A stretch of 64,000 nucleotides of DNA. Origin: Pelomyxa schiedti. Its lineage: Eukaryota; Protista; Evosea. The stretch covers positions 19,627 to 83,626 of the forward strand of contig JAHLWZ010000573.1 of assembly GCA_020536535.1 (NCBI GenBank). Direction: 5' to 3'. Of this stretch, positions 26,647 to 44,371 are shown one piece after another (within the stretch, counting starts at the first letter, position 1; each line of letters starts with the position of its first letter). The position numbers were made by a program, and so were the translations under genes. A model generated the notes under the pieces. The model saw only the letters and a list, made by a program, of their open reading frames with translations. It was not told the origin of the DNA and did not search any database.

Positions 26647-29338
26647 CTAAGTGCTATTCTGGGTAAGCTTGTAAAGTGGCTGGGCACAGAGCTGTGATAA
26701 ACCCCAGATGTACTCCTTCTGTTTGGGACTACCCATCCTCAGATAGGTGAAGAATAAACTCTCTGCTTGAGCAAGTACTTTGTCGGCAGATAGTTTTCCA
26801 GCAAGGCCATTTATGAACTGTGAGTACTGTTAGTGTGAATGAGCGAGGTGTATTGATTTTAACCTGAAGAATTTCGTCATATTTCATCTAGGAATCGAGA
26901 CAGAAGTGAGTTGTATGTCAATGATGATGGCAGAACATACATCAGCTTGCATCAATTGGTCGCGGTGCTGTGTTAGTATTGCTAACGCAATAAAAAGTTG
27001 AAAAGTTGGAGAAGAGTGGGACCATATAGTCTCCCAAATATGTTTTACTGTGTCAAAAGAAAATTCACGCTGTTTGTTCGTTATCTCTCGCATGGGGAAA
27101 GACTGCTTTACCTTAAATAGAACTAACAGCCAGCGATAGCAAAAGTACAAACTCTCCGATCCAGAGCTTTCTTGTGGTGGTTAGAGTAATTCTGGATTGT
27201 TTAAAGATACTTAAATGACTAAAAAGTCGAGGATCAATGACTTCGAGAATGTCACGTATTGCATCAAGTTGTTCCCGTATTGCTGGTTGATCCTTGTGGA
27301 AGTTCATTTCCTAAAATGTGAAGTTATTTCAAGCTTTTTGCAGGTTGCACAAGCCATCCGATCCATTAGACCTTTGAAACACCAAAAGGTGGCCACTTCA
27401 TCTCCATCCATCACCTCGAGAATGACACTGCACAGGTCATTCATACCTTGCATGTAACCTGAAGAAAAGTTACCTTTTCAAAAGAATCTTGAAGATATTA
27501 CCACAGTCAGAATTGAAATGAGAATAAGTTAATAAAATTTCAAAAAGCATGTTCACATGGTGTAGGTTGGTGTCTCCTACACAAATGAGTGCACATACAA
27601 ACTTTGATGAATGCCTTGATAATAGGGATAAGTTCGGTCTGTGCGAAGTACATCTCTCTCAATTTGTTGCTTTCTGAGTCTGAACTTTGAACATCGTGCC
27701 TCCTGTTCAGGGCCCATAGAAGTCCACTGGCTCTTGATAGCAAAATATTGAAGCCTAAGGTGATGTAATCAACGATGTAGCCCAGAGCAATCCCTACCTC
27801 TTTGTGGTATGCAAAGCTCTTCTTTCTTCATTCGTGGAATTCCATGGATAGAAAGAGAGAAGGTATTTCCAAACTTCCTGACGGATATCTGCCGAAACAC
27901 CCTCTTTGGAGTTAGTGGATGAAGAGCAACAAAAAGGGAGTACCCCAGAAAAGATCCGCTGACAGATATCCATTTTCTTTTTTTCTGGCATTCGCCCGTC
28001 GTTATCAAACGACTCAATCCATTCCATGGCATTTAAGGGACTACATCGCATGACCTGCATGAGTTTGAGTACTTACACAGTAATAATAATAAAAAACAAC
28101 CTCCGGAAGCTCTTCATTTACTGGGCACGGGATAGGCTTGCTCTGGAGTTCAGTTGCTTTATTAGCGGCACTGGGGGATTCGATGACTTCAAAGTCTCCC
28201 ATTTTCGTTGGCATTACAACTGCAGTCTTTACACCTGGCTTGGCCCAAATGCCAAGTGACTCGAATACTTTCCAAGGAAGCTCTGCTATGTCTGGAATTC
28301 CCTGTGGAGAAATGGACCCTCTTGATGGATCGTCAACTACTGATGGGGCCAATAGAGCCGCATCCATTCCAAACATTGGTAATTCCTTGCAAGTTTTTGC
28401 CCAAATATCATTGTTGTCATCAATTACAAACACGTTGGGGTCTTCTTCTGCACTGTATGTTTAGTCAGGATTTGTATTGCTTTACGTGGATATCACCTTC
28501 GCAAAGAGTCACGAAGAACGAGGAAGAGCTCTTTAAGACCACCACTGAAGAGGAAGAATGTCGGTGTGATGAGTCCATTTTTCAGAGCAAAGGTGACGTG
28601 AGATACACTGTTTCCTTTTCGTGGACGATATCTAGGGATCTTTTCAGCACATCCACTGATGCGATTAAATTACCTTTTTGCTGAGTATATATCACACAGC
28701 AAGAATTTCGTAACGGGTTGGTTGGGGGGATCAGGTTGACTTGCGAACCATGGAGGAATGGGTGGAAGGGATACTGTTTCCAGGAGGGCTGAAATGGCTA
28801 TGGCAAGGTCTGTTGCAGGACCCGTGGTAGCCACAGAATTTAAGGAAATATCAGCAAAGGTATCGGGCTCAGTTGGCTTGCCTCCATAAGCAAATTAGAG
28901 GGAAGGGTCCAGAACATACAGTTTGGAGACTGGCGGACTTTGAATACGGAAGCCACTCAAAACAGGTGTCATCCTGTAATGGCAGATACGCAGCAGGTTG
29001 TGTAATCCTCAACAACCCTCTGATGCCCTGTCCGGCCCTATCAAACCCCACCACAAATTTGTGAATGGACGCGCACAACGTTCATCTTCTCTATTTAAAC
29101 AGAAGGAAAGGGCAATGATGAAACACAGAGCCACGCTTATCCACTGTGCGCGCGTGTGTTGTTTTTGCGCCACTCACATTTGCACCACGACGTTCGGCAT
29201 CACAGTCACTCTCACGTCCCCGCCCTTTGTCGCGCTGTCGTCTGTGCCCCGATCGGCCCCGATCGCCGCGGTTGTTGCGGCAGCCGAAGCACAACCGCCG
29301 TCGCCTGCCGCACCACCTACGCCCCTGGAGGCCATCAT
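26647..29338 (-). CDS. TBC-domain Rab GTPase-activating protein (TBC1D15/17, Gyp7-like)
   Basis: RIFSG.GVSADIRQEVWKYLL, IERDVLRTDR (Arg finger), GYMQGMNDL (Gln finger), YFCYRWLLVLFK REFSFD...IWETIWS. Confidence 0.92.
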
Positions 29339-29392
29339 TTCGACGGAATGCCTTTGTTTTCGTGGTTAATCGAGGGGTGTATGTATTGTAAA

Positions 29393-30681
29393 TTACTCCC
29401 AGTGGTGAGAAGCACCGCAAGTGGTCTGTTTGCAATTGAGTGAGGTGACTGAATGAGTCAGGTTACCTGCAAGGTCTGGGTGTACTGGGATCGAGATTGC
29501 ACAGAGGCATGTGGGTGGAATGGGCACTTGGATCCAAGGCACTGCAGGTAATGTCAGTCGGTTTAATTATGTTGAAGGGGATGTTCCCGATACCTGTTTG
29601 TTATTCTTAAAAACATTGCAGACCACATTGCTTGGTTTTGTGAAGTGCACCCTTAAGAAATTGTCAGCACTATTTTGCAAAATAGAGATCCATCTACCCC
29701 AATTTCACGGCAGAAAAGTGTTGTCCAACTAGAACTCCATTAAATGTTGCCCTGGCACTGGAGGATGTGATGAACTCCCAAAAAAAAAAAAGAAATAGAT
29801 AGTACCAACAACGAGGGCCACCAATGGAAGCCAGACTCTGAAGGGCAGCTCCTGTTCCCTAACAACAAAGTGGTGAAATCTGGTTAACTTAAATGTGGTA
29901 ACCTCACTTGGTTGGAGCAAGACCACTCGCGGGTCGACATTGGGGTGGCGTTCTGAACAACACTAAGGAAGATTCCAACACCCACAGCCCCACCACAACA
30001 TCCACAGAATCCACACCATCCACCAGGAACTTCTGCTGTTATGTGTCAGTAAGGAGTAGATTATTGGAAGAGAATACATGATCGTTTCTTTGCCGCTTTC
30101 AAGTCACTCAACTTCTTTTCACGCGGTGATCCCAATGTGTTGTGATAAGCTGTTATCAACACGGCCGGAACAAGGAAGTGGTGCTCTGGTCCATGCATGC
30201 AGACACTCGGAAATTCAAGCAGCGAATATGCTGTGTGTGTTAATGAGAGCTATTGGAGTGGCAGTCACCGATCAATGCCACCAACCAACACGATTGACAC
30301 CACACAACCAACGCAGACGCACACACACACAGACATACCCAATGAGAGCGGATCACTCGTGTCAGACTCGGCACACACAGAGAGTATTGCGTGGACAGCA
30401 TCGGCCGAGTGGCACGAGTCGCACACAAAGTGGCCACGACCACACGTGACCATCACGTCATAGAACACTCCCCCGCACACAACGCACCGCGCTCCTCCCT
30501 GTGTCCCCTCATGATGGCTGCCACTTTTTTCTGGTGCCGAAGAAGTGCGATATACGAGGTCAGCACCACACACCAAGCAGTTGTTCTTCCTGATGGGCCT
30601 CACTGTTTGTGCTGGTGGCGTGGCAGGGTGGTCGGTGGGTGGCTGTTCTGGGGTCGTCAGTGTACTCTGACGCAACAGCAT
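29393..30681 (-). CDS. DUF5714-like cysteine-rich protein (prokaryote-type), copy 1, multi-exon
   Basis: Spliced: CLVCGADLVY...CVVCG...CGRGHFVCDSCH...DPLSLAYSLLEFPSVCMHGPEHHFLVPAVLITAY...VPGGWCGFCGCCGGAVGVGIFLSVVQNATPMS...GGPRCCAR...C...NKQCLGSKCPF. Confidence 0.82.
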
Positions 30682-30994
30682 AGATGGCGCGCGTGACACA
30701 CCCTCCCACAAGTTTCTCTTGCTGTGGCTCTGTGTGTTGGCATTTGGTCTTGGTGTGGAGTGGATCGCTCCCAGATGGTAGACGGGCCACGGACGTGTGC
30801 TCCCATAAGCGAGATGCACGATCCTCGCCCTCATCATAGTGTTGCTCAAACCACACCACGCAGACAGCCCGTCATGGCCAGGATTCGGCGAAAGTTTTTG
30901 AAGGAAAAGGCAGATGCTCTGTTAATTATGTACGTCTGTGGCCTTAAAAGGACCCACAATTTAGTCATCATCACTTCAGCACAGAAGCGTTGTT

Positions 30995-32052
30995 TTAAGA
31001 GAGGTAAGTGACCTTAACAGGGTTCCTTGGAACAAGCCTCCTGTGTACCGGCACTGGTTCGCCAACCATTATCTGTAACGTGATCATTATCTGATCAGTT
31101 ATGAGGTTTGGGAATACATACAGCACCAACGCAGACTTTCCCTTCAGGGATTAAAGCTTGCAGGGGTGCATATTCCTTGACGGCAAGCTGGAAGAATCCG
31201 GCCCAGCATGTACCAAGGCCAAGGGAGGGAGCAACCATGCTTAAGGTTGTAAGGGCAATAGAGCCGTCAATATCGGGCATTCCAAATTGGACTACAGCTG
31301 GAGAGAGTGCAATTATGACGACAGGGGCCCCCCGGAAGATTGGGTCCTGTCCGACATCCCATTGGGAGGTAACATACTGAGAGTAGGGGAGGTTTTTGGC
31401 CTTGATCCATTCCACAACAGGAACGGCGTACTTGCGAACCTTTTTGTTGTGCATCAGGGTTCTTGGGAGAAAGAACCAACCTGCTCTGGAGTTACTAGAA
31501 CAAGGTATTCAATCATCTGTGTATTTCCAGACGTTTGGGTGTAATGGGTTATTTCCAGGAGCCTGTCAATTTTTGCTTGGGGAATAGGCCCAGGAAGGAA
31601 ACGCCTGATTGAGCGGCGACTACGGACGAGTTGTTCAATCTTTTGGTTTTTTCTCCGTGTTACATTCTCTTAGTTATAAGAGGGAAAAAAGCACCTGTGC
31701 CTCGGAAACTGTTAATTCGGGACGAATTGGAGGGAAGTCAGCCTCCAAGGACCTGTTTTCCCACGAAAGGGCCCCAACAGGGCAGACCGCGGCACAGTGT
31801 CCGCACTACCGAACGTTACATAACACAAAAAAAGAAAAGAAAGAACCTTACTGCACATTGTAGTACTAGTAACAGGCGCCGCTCCCTTTGTCCATTTAAT
31901 GCCTAGAAAAAATCATCCAAAAAAAAAAAAAAGAAAAGAAGCTGAAGCTGTATACAGAAAGAAGGACACTCAACAGCACACGCCCCACACTTGATGCACT
32001 TGGTCTCGTCCACAACGATCCGCGTCATCTCCGTCCCTGTCGTGGCCGCCAT
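30995..32052 (-). CDS. Nitroreductase with N-terminal 2[4Fe-4S] ferredoxin domain
   Basis: CIKCGACAVECP and CGHCAAVCP clusters, then RSRRSIRRF, TSGNTQ, DPIFRGAP and SLGLGTCWAGF. Introns present. Confidence 0.93.
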
Positions 32053-32229
32053 CCCCCTGCTTTTTCTGTTTATTCCTTGTTCAATGAACGCTCTTCTCCT
32101 AACGTGAATGCCTCTTCATTCTAAGGGTTCACAATAACAAGTTACAGAAGGAAAATTCAGTTGTACAAACAGGGTGTATAGCTTGGATATTATCGTACAA
32201 TGGTGCTAATTCTGTGCAGTGGTAATCTC

Positions 32230-38102
<5,873 letters not shown>

Positions 38103-38381
38103 CGTTTCGTTTTTTTTTGATAATTTTGATGTCCCTTTCAGCAGAACTGGAGGATTCATGAAGAGTACAATAGAGCAGAACAAGGACCCAACTCCAAGTG
38201 AACTCCAGAGACCAGACACAACTCTGCTACAGAGTGCTTCCAGATCTTCAGATGCTAAAAATGTCCTCATTTTCCATCCCTTCGAAACAATCAGACAGTT
38301 GTGGGCTTAGCATAAATCCAAACACGAAACCATTGAAGCGACACCGTCGCGTACCCTCAGTATCGTTAACATCCCATAATC

Positions 38382-41134
38382 ATGGAAGTGTCAAGGGAGT
38401 GCTTGCAGTCGTGGACGTGCCTTGTTGACGACACCAACGAAACAAATTGGTTTGTTTTTATGCAATTACCGTTTAGTACTTTTCATTGTTTTGGGTTTTT
38501 TGTTAATAGCAAATTGCCATAAAAATAAGGGATAGGATTATTGTAACTTATGTAGGGTGTTGTGGACATTAGTGGACGGTAGGCCTCCAATGGTGAAACT
38601 GTTCCAAACGGGGACAGGTGGCCTTACTGAGATGAGGGAGTGTCTAACACCTTCAGAGTGTCTCTATGGTGGCCTCCTTGTGCAAGCTGTTGATGAGAAA
38701 CAGGTGACTATTGCCTTTTTCTTTCCCGTTCATTGAAATTTACTTGTGATGTACAGGGGCTCACAAGCGTCCGTAATAGATATGTGTGCTTTGTATTTGC
38801 GGGAAAACAAGCCCCGATTCTTAAAAAAGCACGACTCTCCAGCCAGAAAGGTCTTGTATTTGCTAAGATGCCTAATGTATCAGTTTCACTGGAATTCATT
38901 GGGGCAGATCCTTCCCAGTTATCAAATACCAGTACTTATCTTTTCTTCAGCTTTTTATCTCTAAAATTCCAAGGGATTGCCAACGAACTTCTGGCCTGTG
39001 GTGGTGCGCACAAGGTATTTGGCAATTATAATAAAAATTGGTAGTACTCACTCCTCATACCACAGCCAACACATTATGACTTCGGTGATGGAACGCGATA
39101 TGACATCTTAGATTTTCACAGTGGTGAAGGGGTGAGTGGATTCAAAAATATTCCTTTTCTCACAATGATTCAGACATCGGAAGACAGGAATATCAAGCCA
39201 ACAAGAAGGGTTGTAGCCACTAGAAAGCCTGCAGTTGAGGTATATTCTTTCATGCCGGTGCGTTTTATTGACAATCTGTAAGACACCAAAAGCTGAGGTC
39301 ATCCCAGAGCCTGCTCGAACACCAAGCCCTACATTCCCTCTGCAGACCAGTTCCGCAGCAGCATCAGGAACACCCACTAAGCCTCCCCCTACGTGTGCTG
39401 TCTGCAGTAAACAAGTTCCTCCAAGCGAGAGGCTCACCGCTGATAGCGAGTTGTACCACAAGAGTTGCTTTAAATGTTCTCACTGCAATAAGTTACTCAC
39501 TCTTGGGAATTATGCCAGGTTGACTTTTTTTTATATGCATGAAGTCTAACAAAACCTAGCATGAATAACAAAATATACTGTAAACCTCATGCGAAGTTAC
39601 TATCTGCAGACAAAGGAAGCGCAAAGTTAGGGGATAGCTCTGCATCACCAACTGCTGACATCAGAGCTGCTCTTTTAAAGAAACGTGAAGCTAGTGAAGT
39701 ATGCACTAGCAGCAAACTTTGCATGAACTAAATACCCAAAGGAACTTGCAACTTTTACAGAAAAAATCCGCACCCTCAGAGCAGCAAAGGCAAGTCTGGA
39801 GGAAAAACTTGCTGAAGTGAACTCACAATTAGCGGCTGCAGAAGCTGATTGTTCTAAGGCCTTAAGGAAGCTGGATGATTGTAATGCAGCTGACGCTGAC
39901 CGGAAAAGGCTCGAAGAAGAGACGAAAAGAAAGGAACAAGAGGAGGCAGAGAAGAAAAGAGCTGCAGAAGAGCAGGCAAAACGGGAGGATGAAGAGAGGA
40001 AAAAGGCAGAGGAGGAGAGGATAAGGGCCGAGAAACAGAGAAAGGCCGAGGAAGATCGTCAGAGAGCAGAAGAAGCAAGGAGAGCTGAGGAACAGAAGAA
40101 AATAGAGGATGAAGAGAGACAGAGAGCGGAAGAAGCATTGGCTGTTGAACGTCAGGCCAAGGCCGAAGCGTTGAAACGCCAACAAGAAGCTGAGGCAGAA
40201 GCAGAGGATGAGAGGAAGAGAGTTGAGGCAGAGTTGGAAGAAGTCAAGAGAAACGAAGAAATTAAAAGAAAAGCATTAGCGGAGGCAGAAGACGAAGAGA
40301 ATCGACGGCTTGAGAGAGAGACGAGAGAGGCAGAAGAGCTTCAAATGCTGGAACAGAAGCGAAAAGCTGAGGAAGAAGAAGCACTACAACGGGAAGAAGC
40401 TGAACAACAACGATTGGGAGAAATGCAGAAGGCCGCAGAAGAAGAACAAAGAAATGCTGAGCTAGAACGAGAATCAATGGAAGCGGAACTCAGAAAAAAA
40501 GCACAAGAAGAAGCAGATGCGGCAGAGGCTGAAAAGCAGCGGAAAAAACAAGAAAAGCTCCGGAAAAAGGCGGAAATAGAAGAGGAAATGGCCAGAGAGG
40601 AAGAACGCATGAACCAGAAACGTAAAGAGAAAGAAGAAGCCAAAAGAAAAGCCGAAGAGGCCGCGGAGGCTGAAGCAGCAGCAGCAGAGAAGGCCAAGGT
40701 ATCCAAAGCACCAATAAACAAGAAATAATAAATAAAAACCACGTCACAACCAACCACCCCAAACAATAACCAATAAAAGTCACCGTACATTCCACATCAA
40801 CAAATTCCTCACACGTGAATCACAGGAAGAAGAAATGGAGAAACGAGCCAGAGCCCAGGAGGAAACCCGGACATCCAGGTCATCCAAATCCAAGAGGAGC
40901 ACCAAGTCGCCCAAGTACATCCACGAGGGTGGCACTGAGCACTGCAACAACTTCCTGTGCATTGACTGCCACAAGCCGGGCTGCGACTGTGACAAGTGCC
41001 TGGCCCAGGGTGACACTGACCCAAGGGCCACCATGTTCATCCACGACGGTGGTATCCTACGCTGTGAGAACTTCCTGTGTGACCAGTGCCACCCCCCTGG
41101 AAAGTGCAAGTGCAAAATGTGTGCTGACAGCTAA
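38382..41134 (+). CDS. Actin-associated multidomain protein: coactosin-like ADF-H - LIM - E/K/R single-alpha-helix - two Cys/His repeats
   Basis: MEVSRECL...TNWVLW...GTGGLTEM...LYG...RNRYVCFVFAG...CGGAHKPTHYDFG (coactosin-type ADF-H); CAVC...YHKSCFKCSHC...YCKPH (LIM); ~300 aa of EEERKR-type helix. A GT-AG intron at ~40700-40826 joins the Cys-rich exon in frame. Confidence 0.8.
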
Positions 41135-41390
41135 ACAACCATCCTGGTGAGAATTAAAAAAAATACGGCTATCCAACGCATTTTTATTTGGCAGTTCATA
41201 AGAACCCAGCACCAACAACACTGGTGGGAATCCCGAAAAGAAGTTGGCAGATTTGAAAGCAGCACAGCAGCCATGATCATGTATACAACCACAATGATGG
41301 AGGTTCTCCAGTCCATCCTCAACCCTCACCTCAGTCCATATCTCCTGACACATCAATCCAACTTGTCCTCAACAGTAATAATTTCATCTG

Positions 41391-42387
41391 ATGGTGAGCA
41401 TGGCAACGGCGACGGGGGGCGGGGGAATGACTACGACGCTGCAGGTGTATCAGTATATAATGGACGACGTGGTGGCCAAGGTTGCCGACGAGTTCCGCGC
41501 GCAGGGCCTCGATGAGTCCCTCCTAGACACCCTCAGGACTGTATGCTCACTCAGACTTTTTTTTTTGGAGCGTTTGTTTGCTTGGCTGCGTTGGCTTTTT
41601 AATTGTGGGGCATTCATATGAATGGGATAATTATTGTCATAAAATGGAATGGAGACGTGGGAGGAGAAGCTTATGGAGACTGGGGCTGTGTCTCCGCCTG
41701 TTGCTACCGTGCCGGCACTTATTCCAACATTCATCACTCACCGTGGGCCCCCGATGATGCGCCCACCTCCGCAGTACCCTCTCGATGCATACCCTACCGC
41801 TTATGCGTATGCTAATCAGTATGGATATGCTACTGTAGGCATTTTGCCCCTCACAAACCTTAACACTTAACATGTGCTCAGGCAATGCCAGGGGCTCCTC
41901 CCGAACTTCTTCCACCTCCACCAACTGAAGCATATATGCCGGTACTTTCAAAATTTGACCAAAAGAAGTACTAATTTGGAAAATAGAGGAGACCAACTGA
42001 ACCGCCCAGAAGAGGCAGACCAAAGAAAATAAGTAATTTTCTTCCTTGTTTCCTTTTTAATCACTGATGACTGGTCTAGACACAAGACCCGGTAGTGACC
42101 AAGTAGATGGGAAAAATGACCTGCAGCCGTCCACTCCATCACACTCCCCATCACCTCGCACACCCAGAGCTGCTACTCCACGATATGACGGGGGGCCGCT
42201 GGGTTCTGATGATGACATTGACAGTGAGGATGATGAATTCCCAAATCCAAGTGATCTGGTACTTTGCCTGTGGGAGAAGGTCACACGTGTAAAGACCAAG
42301 AGGAAAGTAGTACTCCGAGATGGAATAATGCACCTCAAAGATAGAGAAACACTCTTCAGTGTTGCAACTGGAGAGTTTGACTTTTAA
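41391..42387 (+). CDS. GTF2A1: Transcription initiation factor IIA large subunit (alpha/beta)
   Basis: VYQYIMDDVVAKVADEF...GLDESLLDTLR.TWEEKL at the N-terminus; DLVLCLWEKVTRVKTKRKVVLRDGIMHL...ATGEFDF* at the C-terminus. Confidence 0.93.
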
Positions 42388-42440
42388 ATAACTGAAATGC
42401 AAAAAAAAAAAAAAAAAAAAAAAAAGGAAACTCTTTCTAT

Positions 42441-44171
42441 TCAGTCGGCACCAAGGATGAGAGGATTCAAATCCTTTGTGTTTGTTGCTGGGTCATTGTT
42501 TCCCCAGTCCCACATGAGCATACTCTTCTTTTCATTTGCATCCATTGTGCTACCAATTTCGAGTATTGCCTTTTGTGTGTAAGGAATCAAAATTACGCGT
42601 ACTATTGGCCCAGAAGATGAATCAGGATTACACTTCCACTTTGCAATCACAGTCCAATTCCCACTGAAATCACTATCTGTATGCAGTACAAAGGCCTGAT
42701 ACATAGCAGACAGGAGAAGGTAGTCACCCCAGGCAGAAATCTGTATGTTATTGAACATGGCGGCTTTGGTAATAGCCCACATGTTGGTATTAGGGAGTGG
42801 TATTGCTGACGGTGTTCTGTCCTGAAAGTTAACTGCCGACCAATATGTAGGATTCCAGAGGAACAGTGCCTGTGACTTGAGGCTGTTGAAGCACATGCAG
42901 TCAAGAATGGATGCCCTTGCTGGTACATGTAGTGTGCATACTATTTCCAGTGAACGCGGTGATATAAACAACAGGTGATCATTCTTGATGCAAGCAACCA
43001 TCACAGGGTTATTTTGGCTATCTCTTCCCCACGTTGCCACGACAGAGTAGTAGCATTGTGCTGCCGTAGATGTAGCCACTTGGTTGGTCTTGCATTCAAA
43101 TGTAGCGTGAGTAGCTGTTTCCTCCACCACCGTAATACTGGATATAACGCACACAGGGGGATTCACACCTGGAGGGAGAGAGAACCCTATCAGGCAGTTG
43201 AGCTCCGGAATCCACTCCAGGCAGTCATCACCCCAGGCAGCAGATAGCTTGACTGAAGCCACCCTATTCCACACATTTCCATCACTGTCGGTGATCCGGC
43301 TATCTCCTTCCTCACTTTCTGTTGTGCGGTCCCCATACGGGGCTTCTGTAACTGAGGTGGAGCTCTTGTTGATACGAACACCCCTGGCCTCCCACATCTC
43401 CAGATAAAGCTGCTTGCTTGCTGATTCAGCAATTACACCTATCCTCAGTACTTTAGGTATTTCCAGGGTCTCAGCATCACATCCCGCTAGTTGTATTTCA
43501 TTGGTGAGTGCATATTGATACTATTTATAGTGAATAAACCTTCCCAACAAAAAAAAAAATGAATATATATAAGAAACAAGTAGATATCACTTCTCAGGAG
43601 AATAAAGATAAGAAAAAAAAGAAAAAAAAAAAAAATACAGCAAAGCACAGCACATATATAGGACATAGGACACACGGGACGGAGGATGCGTTGCGGGGCA
43701 GGGCATTGGCATGCACGCTACCGTTCTGGAGAACGGACACCGCTGGCACCCGTTCCTCCTCTGCACGTTGGCTATCGACCCACTCACTCGCACCACCCCA
43801 ACACCAACACCGCCCCCGCTCCCCGTGCTCGTGCTCGTGCTCGTGCCGCCTGTGGGCAAAGCCGTGCGGGGCACAACCGCGAGCATCACAGTGTGGGCCA
43901 CGGAGGAGGGCGAGACGGGACTCCAGGTGGGCCGCCCCCGCTCCGTCGAGACCGCCAGGTACACCACCTCCTCCCTCAGCGCTGCGCGTGGTGGTGGTGG
44001 TGGCGGTGGCGCGGGCGCAGTCGTGGACGTGGTGGCGACCGCGCTGACCAACGGGGGTTCCGGTTGCGAAGGCGGCTTGGTTTGTTCCCCTGCCTGCAAG
44101 GCAGTGGCGGTCGCGGGCGACCCAACATCGCCCCCGCTTGCCGTCGCGGTGGTTGATGCCGATGAGCCCAT
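42441..44171 (-). CDS. Hypothetical beta-propeller-like protein with possible N-myristoylation signal
   Basis: Starts MGSSAS. One AT-rich intron (~43490-43670) precedes a long beta-strand-rich exon ending in MLMWDWG. Confidence 0.6.
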
Positions 44172-44371
44172 ACAGCGACAGAATTGTTTGTGTTTGGTTG
44201 TGGACTGGCGCAGGCACTTCTCACAAGTCACAGCACTCCATCCCGAGAGGTTGGTACTTGTCTCCACCAGAAGAAACAAGTACCGGCACCGACAGAGAAG
44301 AAGGAGTATGAAACTAACAGATCATCATGTGTATTTGGAAGAAAAAAAGAAAAGGAGGAACAAGAGGCAGG

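Noticed and set aside
39854-40795. Long antisense ORFs rich in S/L/F (also at 47191-47760, 37149-37658, 43711-44550)
   Set aside because: Reverse-strand shadows of low-complexity or GC-rich coding sequence.
40940-41095. CxxCH motifs (CIDCH, CDQCH; also CDSCH in DUF5714) as c-type heme sites
   Set aside because: They sit within larger Cys clusters in proteins without signal peptides, so Zn or Fe-S binding is more parsimonious.
42401-42425. Poly(A) run right after the TFIIA stop as a retrocopy signature
   Set aside because: The gene retains its introns, and A/T homopolymers are common in spacers and introns throughout the window.
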